Source of the DNA: Leptotrichia alba
Lineage (GTDB): Bacteria > Fusobacteriota > Fusobacteriia > Fusobacteriales > Leptotrichiaceae
DNA length: 64,000 nucleotides
Direction: 5' to 3'
Assembly: GCF_041199985.1 (NCBI RefSeq)
Contig: NZ_CP165647.1
Coordinates: 606,864-670,863 of the forward strand
Of this stretch, positions 50,328 to 60,207 are shown piece after piece. The translations under genes were made by a program, and so were the position numbers. The stretch's first letter is position 1. The number at the start of each line of letters is the position of its first letter. Below the pieces are notes generated by a model. That model was not told the origin of the DNA. It searched no databases and saw only the letters and a program-made list of their open reading frames with translations.

Positions 50328-51791
50328 ATGGGGGAAAATATTGATAAAGATAGACAGAATAAGACTGTTCTTTTTGATGCATTAAAAAATCATCTTTCTA
50401 ACAGGGTTGTGAGATTTGATGTGCCAGGGCATAAAGGAGGGCGCGGAAATAAGGAGTTTCGAGATTTTATTGGGCTGGATGCGATGCAGATGGATGTTAA
50501 TTCGATGAAGCCGCTTGATAATTTATGCCATCCAACTTCGGTTATAAAAGAGGCGCAGGATATAGCGGCGGAGGCTTTTGGGGCAAAAGAGGCTTATTTT
50601 ATGGTAAGCGGAACGACTGGGGCTGTACAAGCTATGATTATGGCAACTTGCAAGGCTGGAGATAAAATTATTATTCCACGAAATGTGCATAGAAGTGCCA
50701 TTAATGCACTGGTAATTTGTGGGGCGATTCCAGTTTATATTAATCCTGGGCTTAACAAGAAACTGGGAATATCTCTTGGAATGTCAATTAATGATGTAAA
50801 AAAAGCAATTCATGAAAATCCTGATGCAAAAGCAATACTAGTGAATAATCCCACTTATTATGGGATTTGTTCAGATTTAAAATCTATTGTAAAATTGGCA
50901 CATGAAAATAATATGCTTGTGCTGGTTGATGAAGCACATGGAGCACATTTTTCCTTTGACGAGAATTTACCGATTTCAGGAATGGCAGCTGGAGCAGATA
51001 TGGCGGCAATCAGTATGCACAAGACAGGTGGTTCTTTAACACAAAGTTCAATTTTGTTAAGTGGAGAGAGAATAAATGCCGATTATGTACGGCAAATTAT
51101 TAATTTGACTCAAACTACGAGTTCTTCATACTTGCTTATGACTTCGCTTGATGTGGCAAGAAAAAATTTGGCTATAAATGGAAAGAAACTTTTTGAAAAG
51201 ACGGTTAAATTTGCAGAATATGCCAGAAATGAAATTAATAAACTAGGGGGATATTATGCATATGGGAAAGAATTGATTGACGGAGATTCAGTTTATGATT
51301 TTGATACGACAAAATTATCTGTGTATACAAAGGATATTGGGCTTGCTGGAATTGAAGTTTATGATATTTTGCGAGATGATTATGAAATTCAAATTGAATT
51401 TGGAGATTTGGGAAATATTTTAGCGATAATTTCGGCGGGGGACAGAGGTTTGGAAATAGAACGGTTAATATCTTCACTTGCAGAAATTAAGAGGCTTTAC
51501 TCAAAAGATTCAACAGGAATGTTTGATCATGAATATATAAATCCTGATGTTGTGCTTCCGCCGCAAAAAGCCTTTTATTCAGAGAAAAAAATGATACCAA
51601 TAAAAGAAAGTGCTGGAGAAATAAGTGGTGAATTTGTTATGGCTTATCCGCCAGGGATACCGATTTTGGCACCAGGGGAACGAATTACTGAAGAAATCAT
51701 AAATTATATTGAATATGCGAAAGAAAAGGGATGTTTGCTTACGGGAACTGAGGATATGCATGTTGAGAAGATAAATGTTGTGTTGAAATAG
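50328..51791 (+). CDS. speA: Orn/Lys/Arg decarboxylase-family PLP enzyme, probably arginine decarboxylase (Bacillus SpeA type); start reassigned to the ATG at 50328 after RBS AAAGGAG
   Basis: FDVPGHKGG and SMHKTGGSLTQSS motifs of the fold-I Orn/Lys/Arg decarboxylase family. Operon context with speE and speB. Confidence 0.75.
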   Translation: MGENIDKDRQNKTVLFDALKNHLSNRVVRFDVPGHKGGRGNKEFRDFIGLDAMQMDVNSMKPLDNLCHPTSVIKEAQDIAAEAFGAKEAYFMVSGTTGAVQAMIMATCKAGDKIIIPRNVHRSAINALVICGAIPVYINPGLNKKLGISLGMSINDVKKAIHENPDAKAILVNNPTYYGICSDLKSIVKLAHENNMLVLVDEAHGAHFSFDENLPISGMAAGADMAAISMHKTGGSLTQSSILLSGERINADYVRQIINLTQTTSSSYLLMTSLDVARKNLAINGKKLFEKTVKFAEYARNEINKLGGYYAYGKELIDGDSVYDFDTTKLSVYTKDIGLAGIEVYDILRDDYEIQIEFGDLGNILAIISAGDRGLEIERLISSLAEIKRLYSKDSTGMFDHEYINPDVVLPPQKAFYSEKKMIPIKESAGEISGEFVMAYPPGIPILAPGERITEEIINYIEYAKEKGCLLTGTEDMHVEKINVVLK

Positions 51792-51863
51792 ATAGATAAA
51801 AAATTGAAAAACAATTTTATAATAATAAAAATTTATTTTTAATAAAGAAAGAAGGTAAGAAAA

Positions 51864-52394
51864 ATGAGTACTAATAGATTTTCTAAATTTTTTGAGTATA
51901 TTTTACTAGTTGAAGGAGGATATACTTACCATAAAAATGATAAAGGTGGAGAAACTAAATATGGAATTACTAAGGAAACTGCACGTCGTTATGGCTATCA
52001 AGGTGAAATGAAAGATTTAACGAAACAAACTGCGCAAAAAATTTTTGAAGCAAGATACTATAAAGCGAATAAATTAGATCAAGTGAAAAATGATAAAGTG
52101 GCACTAAGTATCCTTGATTTTGTAATAAATTCTGGAAGATATGGAATAAAGAAAGCTCAGGAAGCAATAAATAAAATTTATGGTAAAGTTGTAGTCAGCG
52201 TAGATGGTTCAAACGGTCCTCAAACATTAAAATATCTTAATCAAGTGGAACCAGCAAAATTTTTAGCTGTGTATCATAGTTTGCAAAGAGAATTTTATAA
52301 TGCTATCGTAAAAAATGATCAAACTCAAAAAGTTTTTTTGAATGGATGGTTAAACAGAGTTAAGGTTAAGGAAAATTATATAAAAAATGTTTAA
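51864..52394 (+). CDS. GH108-like N-acetylmuramidase / PG_binding_3 domain protein, 176 aa
   Basis: EGGYTYHKNDKGGETKYGITK matches the GH108 N-terminal signature; C-terminal DGSNGPQTLKYL resembles the PG_binding_3 motif. Confidence 0.5.
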   Translation: MSTNRFSKFFEYILLVEGGYTYHKNDKGGETKYGITKETARRYGYQGEMKDLTKQTAQKIFEARYYKANKLDQVKNDKVALSILDFVINSGRYGIKKAQEAINKIYGKVVVSVDGSNGPQTLKYLNQVEPAKFLAVYHSLQREFYNAIVKNDQTQKVFLNGWLNRVKVKENYIKNV

Positions 52395-52432
52395 AATTTG
52401 AAGATAAAAATAGAGTGAAAGGAGAAGCGAAA

Positions 52433-53284
52433 ATGGAGTTATGGTATACAGAAGAACATACGAAAAATGTTCGTTTTTCTATAAAAGTTGATAAACAGCT
52501 GGTTAGTACGAAAAGTGATTTTCAGAGAATTGATATTTTTGAGTCGCCAGAGTTTGGGCGGTTTTTGACATTGGATGGATTTATGATGCTGACAGAAAAG
52601 GATGAGTTTATTTACCATGAGATGATAACTCATGTTCCTGTGGCTGTAAATCCTAAGGCTAAAAAAATATTAGTAATTGGTGCTGGAGATGGCGGTACTG
52701 TCCGTGAACTTGTAAAATATGAACATATTGAGAGAATTGATATGGTGGAAATTGACAAGATGGTTGTCGATATTTGCCGAGAATACTTACCTAAGACGGC
52801 AAATAAATTGGATAATGAAAGGGTACATATTTATTATGAGGATGGACTAAAATTTGTACGTTCAAAAACTGATGAATATGACATTGTAATTGTGGATTCA
52901 ACGGATCCGTTTGGGCCTGGAGAAGATTTATTCACGAGGGAATTTTATGGAAATTGTTTTAATGCATTAAAAGAGGACGGAATCCTTGTAAATCAGCATG
53001 AAAGTCCGTATTATGAGGCGGATGCCAAAGCAACAGCAAGAGCAAATAAACAATTAAAGGCAGTTTTCCCATTTGCAACAGTTTATCAGCTGCATATACC
53101 AACATATCCGTCAGGTCACTGGCTATTTGGATTTGCTTCAAAAAAATATAATCCTGTGGAGGATTTGAAGGCTGATGAATGGAATAAATTTGGAATAGAA
53201 ACAAGATATTATAATACAGAATTGCATAAGGGAGCTTTTGCATTGCCAAATTATGTGAAAGATTTGATAAATAATTTAGAATAA
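52433..53284 (+). CDS. speE: spermidine synthase; start reassigned to ATG 52433 (MELWYTE) after RBS AAAGGAG
   Basis: VIGAGDGGTVRE and DSTDPFGP motifs. Confidence 0.9.
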   Translation: MELWYTEEHTKNVRFSIKVDKQLVSTKSDFQRIDIFESPEFGRFLTLDGFMMLTEKDEFIYHEMITHVPVAVNPKAKKILVIGAGDGGTVRELVKYEHIERIDMVEIDKMVVDICREYLPKTANKLDNERVHIYYEDGLKFVRSKTDEYDIVIVDSTDPFGPGEDLFTREFYGNCFNALKEDGILVNQHESPYYEADAKATARANKQLKAVFPFATVYQLHIPTYPSGHWLFGFASKKYNPVEDLKADEWNKFGIETRYYNTELHKGAFALPNYVKDLINNLE

Positions 53285-53304
53285 AAACGAGAAGGAGAGT
53301 TTAT

Positions 53305-54156
53305 ATGAAAAATAGAAATGTACATACATTTATAGGATGCGACAATGAATATAATGAGAGCAAAATTGCTATTTTTGGAGCACCGTTTGACAGTACAACT
53401 TCGTTTAGACCAGGGACTAGATTTGCTTCGGCGGTTATGAGAAATGAGAGTTTTGGGATAGAAACTTATAGCCCTTATCAGGATAAAGATTTGGAAGATA
53501 TTAAAGTTTTTGACGGCGGGGACTTGGAGCTTTCGTTTGGAAATTCTGAAAGTACGTTGAAAGATATTCAGAATGAAACGGCGAAAATTTTGAAGGATGG
53601 AAAAATTCCGTTTATGATTGGTGGAGAGCATTCTGTTACACTGGGGGCTGTGAAAGCGGTTGCTGAAAAATATCCAGATTTGCATATTATTCAGTTTGAC
53701 GCACATACTGACTTGCGAGATGAGTATTTGGGGCAGTATTATTCACATGCTTCTGTAATTAGAAGATGCTGGGATATTGTTGGAGATGATAAAATATTTC
53801 AGTTTGGAATAAGAAGTGGTGAAAGAGATGAATGGAAATTTGCAAAGGAACATCTTCACACAACAAAATTTAATTTTGACGGACTTGATGAAGCTGTAGA
53901 AAAATTAAAAGGAAAACCTGTGTATTTTACATTGGATTTAGATGTGCTTGATCCATCGGAATTTCCTGGAACTGGAACGCCTGAAGCTGGAGGAGTTACT
54001 TTTGTGGAACTTCATAAGGCAATAGAAAAAATTTCTCAGTTAAATATTGTTGGACTTGATATGAACGAATTATCGCCTGTATACGATCAGTCTGGGCAAT
54101 CTACAGCACTAGCTTGCAAACTGCTTAGGGAAATTTTGCTGTTTATTTACAAATAG
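53305..54156 (+). CDS. speB: agmatinase (arginase/ureohydrolase family)
   Basis: Ureohydrolase metal-binding motifs (GGEHS, DAHTD, DLDVLDP). Confidence 0.85.
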   Translation: MKNRNVHTFIGCDNEYNESKIAIFGAPFDSTTSFRPGTRFASAVMRNESFGIETYSPYQDKDLEDIKVFDGGDLELSFGNSESTLKDIQNETAKILKDGKIPFMIGGEHSVTLGAVKAVAEKYPDLHIIQFDAHTDLRDEYLGQYYSHASVIRRCWDIVGDDKIFQFGIRSGERDEWKFAKEHLHTTKFNFDGLDEAVEKLKGKPVYFTLDLDVLDPSEFPGTGTPEAGGVTFVELHKAIEKISQLNIVGLDMNELSPVYDQSGQSTALACKLLREILLFIYK

Positions 54157-54261
54157 ATTTATTTTAAAGAAAAGTGTTTGTGCAAAAATAGTACAGATAC
54201 TTTTTTGAATATATGAAAATAAAGAAGTTTTTAGTAATTTGTAAAAAGGGAGGAATGTTAG

Positions 54262-55959
54262 ATGAAGAAAAAATTACCGATAGGAATATCAAATTTTAAG
54301 GAAATAATAGAAGACGGATATTATTATTTTGATAAAACAGAATTTATTGGGAATTTATTTGAGGAAGTGTCTAAAATTAAGCTATTTACACGTCCGAGAA
54401 GATTTGGAAAAACACTTAATATGTCGATGATAAAATATTTTTTTGATATTGAAAATAAAAATGAAAATAAAAAGCTGTTTGAGAATCTAAAAATTTCTGA
54501 AAATAAGTATTTTGAAAAGCAAGGGACAGCTCCAGTTATTTCGATTTCATTCAGGAATTATGATGAAAAAAACTGGAAAAATGGGTTTGAAATGATAAAA
54601 AATACAATTTCGGATTTATATGATGAATTTGAATTTGTAAAGGAAAATTTAAGTGCGAGAAAAAAAGAAAAATACGATTCAATTTTATTTAACAGAGCAA
54701 CTGAAGCAACATGGAAATTATCCTTGCTGGATTTAACAAAATATCTATATGAATATTATGGACAAAAAGTGGTAGTGCTAATAGACGAGTATGATCAGCC
54801 GATAATTGATTCATACGTGAAAGGTTATTACCAAGAAGCAATTAGCTTTTTTAAAACATTTTATGGAGTTGTCCTAAAGGATAATAATTATCTGGAAATG
54901 GGAATTATGACAGGGATTTTGAGAGTTGCGAAGGAAAATATATTTTCAGGATTGAATAATCTACGAGTTTACAGTATTCTAGATAATAGATTTACAGAAT
55001 ATTTTGGGATTACGGAAAGTGAAGTTGGAAAAGCTCTTAAAAATTTTAATTTGGAGTTTGAATTGCAAGATGTTCAGAAGTGGTACAATGGATATTTGTT
55101 TGGAGATATAAAAGTTTATAATCCGTGGTCGATTATTAATTTTCTGAATGATGAAAAATTAAAACCGTACTGGGTAAATACGAGTGGAAATGAATTGATA
55201 AAATTATATTTAAAAAAACTGAAAAATGAGATTTTTGATGATTTTTCAAAACTTTTGAATAAAAAATCCATTTTAAGAAGAATAGATGAGAATATGACTT
55301 TTGCAAACTTGGAAGCAAATTATGAAGAAAATATATGGAATTTGTTTTTTCACAGCGGTTATTTGACATTGGCAGAAGAAGTTCAAGATGATGAGGAACA
55401 AGTTTATTTGAAAATTCCGAATGAAGAAATATTAAAAATGTTTTCAAAAATGTTTATAGAAGTATATTTTGAGAATTATAACAGCTTTTATAATATGGTG
55501 TATTCCTTGAAAAATGGAGATATTGAAACTTTTAAGAAGGAATTAAGAAAAATTTTATTGGAAAACGTGGGAATATTCGATGTAAGCGGAGTTTATAAAG
55601 AGCAATTTTATCATGGCTTAATGCTTGGAATAATTTTGATTTTGAAAAATGAGTATGAAATAACTTCAAATAATTTTGCTGGGAAAGGCAGATATGATTT
55701 ACTTTTGAAGCCTAAAAATCTGGAGAAGAGAAAAGAAGGGGTTATTCTCGAATTGAAAGTTGTAAATGCAATAGAAAATTTGAGCGAAGATAAAATTTTT
55801 GAAAAGTTGGAGAATGAGTGTGATATTGCATTACAGCAGATTGAAAAGAAAGAATATGCTTCTGTATTAAAAAATTCTGGAGTTGAGAATGTATTGAAAA
55901 TTGGGATAGCATTTTTTGGAAAAGAAGTGGCAGTTAAATTTGATAGAAATTATAGTTAA
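54262..55959 (+). CDS. AAA-ATPase-like domain plus PD-(D/E)XK nuclease-like domain protein (DUF1703 architecture)
   Basis: N-terminal ...FIDKT.F.GNLF...RPRRFGKTL...IDEYDQP and C-terminal GKGRYDLLL...ELK typical of this two-domain family. Confidence 0.7.
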   Translation: MKKKLPIGISNFKEIIEDGYYYFDKTEFIGNLFEEVSKIKLFTRPRRFGKTLNMSMIKYFFDIENKNENKKLFENLKISENKYFEKQGTAPVISISFRNYDEKNWKNGFEMIKNTISDLYDEFEFVKENLSARKKEKYDSILFNRATEATWKLSLLDLTKYLYEYYGQKVVVLIDEYDQPIIDSYVKGYYQEAISFFKTFYGVVLKDNNYLEMGIMTGILRVAKENIFSGLNNLRVYSILDNRFTEYFGITESEVGKALKNFNLEFELQDVQKWYNGYLFGDIKVYNPWSIINFLNDEKLKPYWVNTSGNELIKLYLKKLKNEIFDDFSKLLNKKSILRRIDENMTFANLEANYEENIWNLFFHSGYLTLAEEVQDDEEQVYLKIPNEEILKMFSKMFIEVYFENYNSFYNMVYSLKNGDIETFKKELRKILLENVGIFDVSGVYKEQFYHGLMLGIILILKNEYEITSNNFAGKGRYDLLLKPKNLEKRKEGVILELKVVNAIENLSEDKIFEKLENECDIALQQIEKKEYASVLKNSGVENVLKIGIAFFGKEVAVKFDRNYS

Positions 55960-56163
55960 TACTAAATTCAATTTATATTAAATCCTATTAAATAAGAATT
56001 TGTTACGAACTTTTCTAATAAAAGATATAAACCAATATTCTCATAATAGTTGAAAATTTATTAAATATTCACTATTTAAATGGGGAATAGTATAAAATTA
56101 TAAATTATTTTGCAAATTAAAAATATATTTATAAAAAATTGCGAGTTTTGAGGTGGTTTTACA

Positions 56164-58767
56164 ATGATTGACAAACTAAAAGAATTGGAAAATCTTGAGA
56201 ATAAGTATAAGGAAATTGGAAGAATAAATTCTGAGATAGAATCAATAATTGCAAATATAAAAAATGAGGCTGGAATAAGCAGGGAAAAGGAACTTCTGGA
56301 AGAGAATGAAAGGCTGGAGAAGGATTTAAAGGCATTTCATGAAAAAATGAAAATTAGGGAAGAGGAAATTGGGAGGTTAAAAAATAGTAATGCGGTACTG
56401 ATTGAGGAATTGAAGGAAGCGAAAAAAATTAGGAGAAATGGTGAGATTGATAAGTTTCAGAATATTTTGGCGGAGAAGATGAATGTGGAATTGGAAAGTG
56501 GAGTGACTAGAAGGCTTTCTAATTATGCAGAGGAAATGAAGAGAAAAGTCAAAATATTGGAAAAAAATCTTGATGGCGAATTTTCAGATGAAGCTAATTC
56601 TTTAAGAGATGAACTTAAAAAAATTAATGGAAAAATTGGTGATTTTTTAGAGAAAAGTAATAGGAAAACTTTTGAAAATAAGGTATTTCTTCAAGAGGAA
56701 TCTTCAATTTTTCATAATAAAATAAAAGAAGAAACGGCTTTGAAAGAAGGGGAATTTCTTTTTGAAAGAGAGAAAAAAAGATTTGTATTTGAAAAACTTA
56801 TTGGTTTGAAGGGTTTTAACTTTTTAGGGATAATATCAATCTTTTTGGGAGTTTTTTTGGTATTTCGAACACAGTTTGCAAAAATTTTGGCAAATAATTA
56901 TGTAAAAAGTTCGGCGTCGTACTTGCTTGGGATGTTTTTTCTTTTCGCTGGAGAAAAATTTTATCAGAAAAATAAAAAGCATTTTGCAGTTGGGCTGATT
57001 GGCGGTGGAATTGGTATTCTTTATTTGACTACGCTTCTTTCTACGCTTTATCTTAAACTCTATCCAATGACAGCAGGACTTTTTATATCGGTAATACTGA
57101 CAGGACTGGTTGTGATTCTTTCATTGCGATATGATAGCCAGATAATTGGAGTATTGTCGCTGATTGGTGGATATTTGCCTTACGGAGCTTATATTTGGGT
57201 GAATAAGAGCAACATCCAGATTTATTATGTTTTGGCATATTCTTTGATTTTGCAGGGAATTGTGCTTGGAGTTTCTTGGAAAAAGGACTGGATATACAGC
57301 AAGATTTTTGGATTTGTTACGGGTGTAGTGAATATGACGGGGCTAGTTTATTATTTAAATTACAGTATTCACGACAAGATTACGGCATTTTTCTACATCG
57401 TAATTTTCACAACAGCATACAGTTTCATTTTCCTAAATTCACACAAAAAAGAAAATCGCCAAAGCAACATAATCGACTATATATTTCTAAGTTTAAATCT
57501 AATTATAAAATTTTCATTGATTTACAGCCTGTTTGACAAGACAACACCAAGCTGGCTAAAAGCGGTATTAGTCGGAACAGTCGGAATAATTTACGGATTT
57601 TTTGGCGACAGGCTCAAGGACAACAAAGTTGCAAAAATCTTTTATATCGTGGCATTGGGAAGTTTTATCCTAATTATCCCGTTAATTGTGCCAGAAGAAT
57701 TTGTTGTGGTTGCGTGGGGTGCTGAAACTGCACTATTATATTTCTTTTATAGAAAATATAAAAATAAAGAAATGCGATATGGGACAATTGCGATTTATCT
57801 AGTTTCGCTGGTAAGTAATTTAATTGTGCGGGAAGAAAAATATTTACTTATGTATATTCAGGATTTGATGATAATATCTTTTTCATTTGTGCTTTATTTC
57901 CTGATAAAACAAAAGAGTTACAAGACAGAAGTTAGGATTTTAAATGGAATATTTAAATATCTTATTTTTGTATATTCAATATTTTTTATAAATAAAGTTG
58001 TTTTTGATGTTGTTACTTCATTTGAAACGATAAATTATGGTAAAGATGCATTATTTTGTATATTAGTTTCACTGTTTGTTTTAAGAACAGTAACGTATAG
58101 AGTAAAGAAATTACAGGATAGTTTTAGCTTGAAATTTTTAGTAATAATTGAAATAATTTATTTGTTATTTATAAATATGTTTAATTGTGTAAAATATATT
58201 CTTGGAAGCGGAGAATGGGTAGAACAAAATTTGTATTCAAAATATCCACCAATAAATTTTAAAATATATCTAATTTTATTAGTTTTTGTAAATATCTATT
58301 TATTTATGGTGTCAAAAAATGATATTCATTTATGCTTTTTCAAAAAAAATGAGAAAAAACCATTGTGGATATTGGGAGAATCAATATATTTTCTTTGTGT
58401 AGCAAATGTTATTTTACGAATATACGAACAGTCAAATATGCTATTTTTAGGAGCTGGATTGGCTTTGGATATAGTTGGATTGCTATTATGTGGATATTTA
58501 GTCTGGAAAGGATTTAGAGTGCCGAATAAGAATGTTAGAAGAATTGGGCTTGGAATAGGAATATTTTTTGTGGCAAAAAGTTTCCTTTGGGATTTCTTGC
58601 GATTTGATAATTCCTATAAGTTAATTGCTTACTTTAGTATGGGAGCTATTTTGATTGGAACTTCTTATATTTATCAGACGGCTTTGAAGAAGTTGGAGCA
58701 GGAAGTGAAAGAGAGTTTGAGGGATAAGGATTTTGGAAAAGGTGAGAAAAATGAAGAAAATAAGTAA
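56164..58767 (+). CDS. large polytopic membrane protein, DUF2339-like (N-terminal coiled coil followed by more than 20 TM helices)
   Basis: Architecture only; family name recalled from similar Fusobacteria and Firmicutes proteins, not verified. Confidence 0.5.
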   Translation: MIDKLKELENLENKYKEIGRINSEIESIIANIKNEAGISREKELLEENERLEKDLKAFHEKMKIREEEIGRLKNSNAVLIEELKEAKKIRRNGEIDKFQNILAEKMNVELESGVTRRLSNYAEEMKRKVKILEKNLDGEFSDEANSLRDELKKINGKIGDFLEKSNRKTFENKVFLQEESSIFHNKIKEETALKEGEFLFEREKKRFVFEKLIGLKGFNFLGIISIFLGVFLVFRTQFAKILANNYVKSSASYLLGMFFLFAGEKFYQKNKKHFAVGLIGGGIGILYLTTLLSTLYLKLYPMTAGLFISVILTGLVVILSLRYDSQIIGVLSLIGGYLPYGAYIWVNKSNIQIYYVLAYSLILQGIVLGVSWKKDWIYSKIFGFVTGVVNMTGLVYYLNYSIHDKITAFFYIVIFTTAYSFIFLNSHKKENRQSNIIDYIFLSLNLIIKFSLIYSLFDKTTPSWLKAVLVGTVGIIYGFFGDRLKDNKVAKIFYIVALGSFILIIPLIVPEEFVVVAWGAETALLYFFYRKYKNKEMRYGTIAIYLVSLVSNLIVREEKYLLMYIQDLMIISFSFVLYFLIKQKSYKTEVRILNGIFKYLIFVYSIFFINKVVFDVVTSFETINYGKDALFCILVSLFVLRTVTYRVKKLQDSFSLKFLVIIEIIYLLFINMFNCVKYILGSGEWVEQNLYSKYPPINFKIYLILLVFVNIYLFMVSKNDIHLCFFKKNEKKPLWILGESIYFLCVANVILRIYEQSNMLFLGAGLALDIVGLLLCGYLVWKGFRVPNKNVRRIGLGIGIFFVAKSFLWDFLRFDNSYKLIAYFSMGAILIGTSYIYQTALKKLEQEVKESLRDKDFGKGEKNEENK

Positions 58768-59569
58768 ATTGATTTTGTTTCTATTTGTATTCACGATTGT
58801 TCAGCTTTTTTCATATCAGTATTTTAAAACTATAAAAATAACAGGAAAGTCTGTATACAAGCAATTTTTTTTAACAGAGGATATTTATGAGAACAGTAAA
58901 AATAATCTTGGGGATATAAGGATAATTGATAATGCTGGGAAGGAAGTTCCTTATGCGATTGAAACTTTGAAAAATCAGGATAAAAATAATGTGAAAGTTG
59001 ATTTGAGTTATAAAGTTGAGCAAAATGGGAAAAGTACGATTTTGAAAATTAAAAGTAAGTTTTTGCCGTTAAAAAATATTGTTCTAGATGTAAATGATGA
59101 GTTTCAGAGAAATTATGCTCTGAGAAGCGGAGATGATTTTTATGCGGAAGGGGTAATTTCTAAAGTTGGAAAAAAGAAAAATTTGACGATAAATTTGGAA
59201 AATGTTCCTAAATTAAAAGAGATAATTATTGAAATAAAAAATAAGGATAATTTTCCGTTGAAAATAAAAAAAGTGACAGGAAATTATGTTCCAGACAGGG
59301 TTGTGTTTAAGGTAACGGAAAGAGAAAATTATAAAATAACTTTTGGAAATGAAAATTTGGAAAAGCCTGAATATGATATTGTAGAATTTGTCGATTCAAT
59401 AAAGGACAGGGATGAAGTTTCAGTGGGAAAATTGGAAAAAGTGGATGTGAAAATGAAAAATGTTCCAAAGCAAAAAAATTACATGGCTTATTACAATATT
59501 TTTATAGGAGCTGTTGCGGTAATATTAATTGGATTTATGGTAAAAAAAATAGTTAACAATAAAAAATAG
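58751..59569 (+). CDS. secreted/membrane-anchored protein, possibly DUF3999 (the usual partner of DUF2339); start reassigned to MKKISKL
   Basis: Signal peptide, C-terminal TM anchor, overlaps the upstream gene by 17 nt. Confidence 0.4.
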   Translation: MKKISKLILFLFVFTIVQLFSYQYFKTIKITGKSVYKQFFLTEDIYENSKNNLGDIRIIDNAGKEVPYAIETLKNQDKNNVKVDLSYKVEQNGKSTILKIKSKFLPLKNIVLDVNDEFQRNYALRSGDDFYAEGVISKVGKKKNLTINLENVPKLKEIIIEIKNKDNFPLKIKKVTGNYVPDRVVFKVTERENYKITFGNENLEKPEYDIVEFVDSIKDRDEVSVGKLEKVDVKMKNVPKQKNYMAYYNIFIGAVAVILIGFMVKKIVNNKK

Positions 59570-59585
59570 AAAAGGAGAAAGAATT

Positions 59586-60164
59586 ATGGTTATTGTATTA
59601 ATTTTTATAGGTATTTTGGTAGTAACAGCGTTAGCATTATTAATAGGGGCAATGGTAACTTACAATAAGTATATCATATTGAAAAATTTGAATGAAGAAG
59701 GATGGAGCGGAATAGATGTTTATTTGCAGAAAAGATTAGATTTAATACCTAATCTTGTTAATACGGTGAAAGGGTATGCAACACATGAAAAGAGTACACT
59801 GGAAAATGTTATTAGGCTTAGAAGTCAAATGGTTTCGATTGATACAAAAGATATTGACAATATTGAAAAAATTCAGAAACTTGAAAATGAAATGACAAAA
59901 ACATTAAGATCAATAATTATGTTACAGGAACATTATCCAGACTTGAAGGCAAATGAAAACTTCTTGAGATTGCAATCAGAATTAACTCGAATTGAAATAG
60001 AAATTCAAAGCTCGAGAAAATATTATAACGGAACAGTAAGAGATAGAAATATGTTTGTTGAAACTTTTCCAAATAATATTTTAGGAGGAATTTTTGGATT
60101 CAAAAAGGCGGAGTTCTTTAATGCTGTAGAAGGAGCGGAAAAGGCTCCGGAAGTTAAGTTTTAA
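59586..60164 (+). CDS. LemA-family protein
   Basis: N-terminal TM plus the conserved LemA region (NEEGWSGIDVYLQKRLDLIPNLV). Confidence 0.85.
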   Translation: MVIVLIFIGILVVTALALLIGAMVTYNKYIILKNLNEEGWSGIDVYLQKRLDLIPNLVNTVKGYATHEKSTLENVIRLRSQMVSIDTKDIDNIEKIQKLENEMTKTLRSIIMLQEHYPDLKANENFLRLQSELTRIEIEIQSSRKYYNGTVRDRNMFVETFPNNILGGIFGFKKAEFFNAVEGAEKAPEVKF

Positions 60165-60207
60165 TTTGTTTAAAGTTTTGTAAAATTATCGTAAAGGAAA
60201 TAACTTT

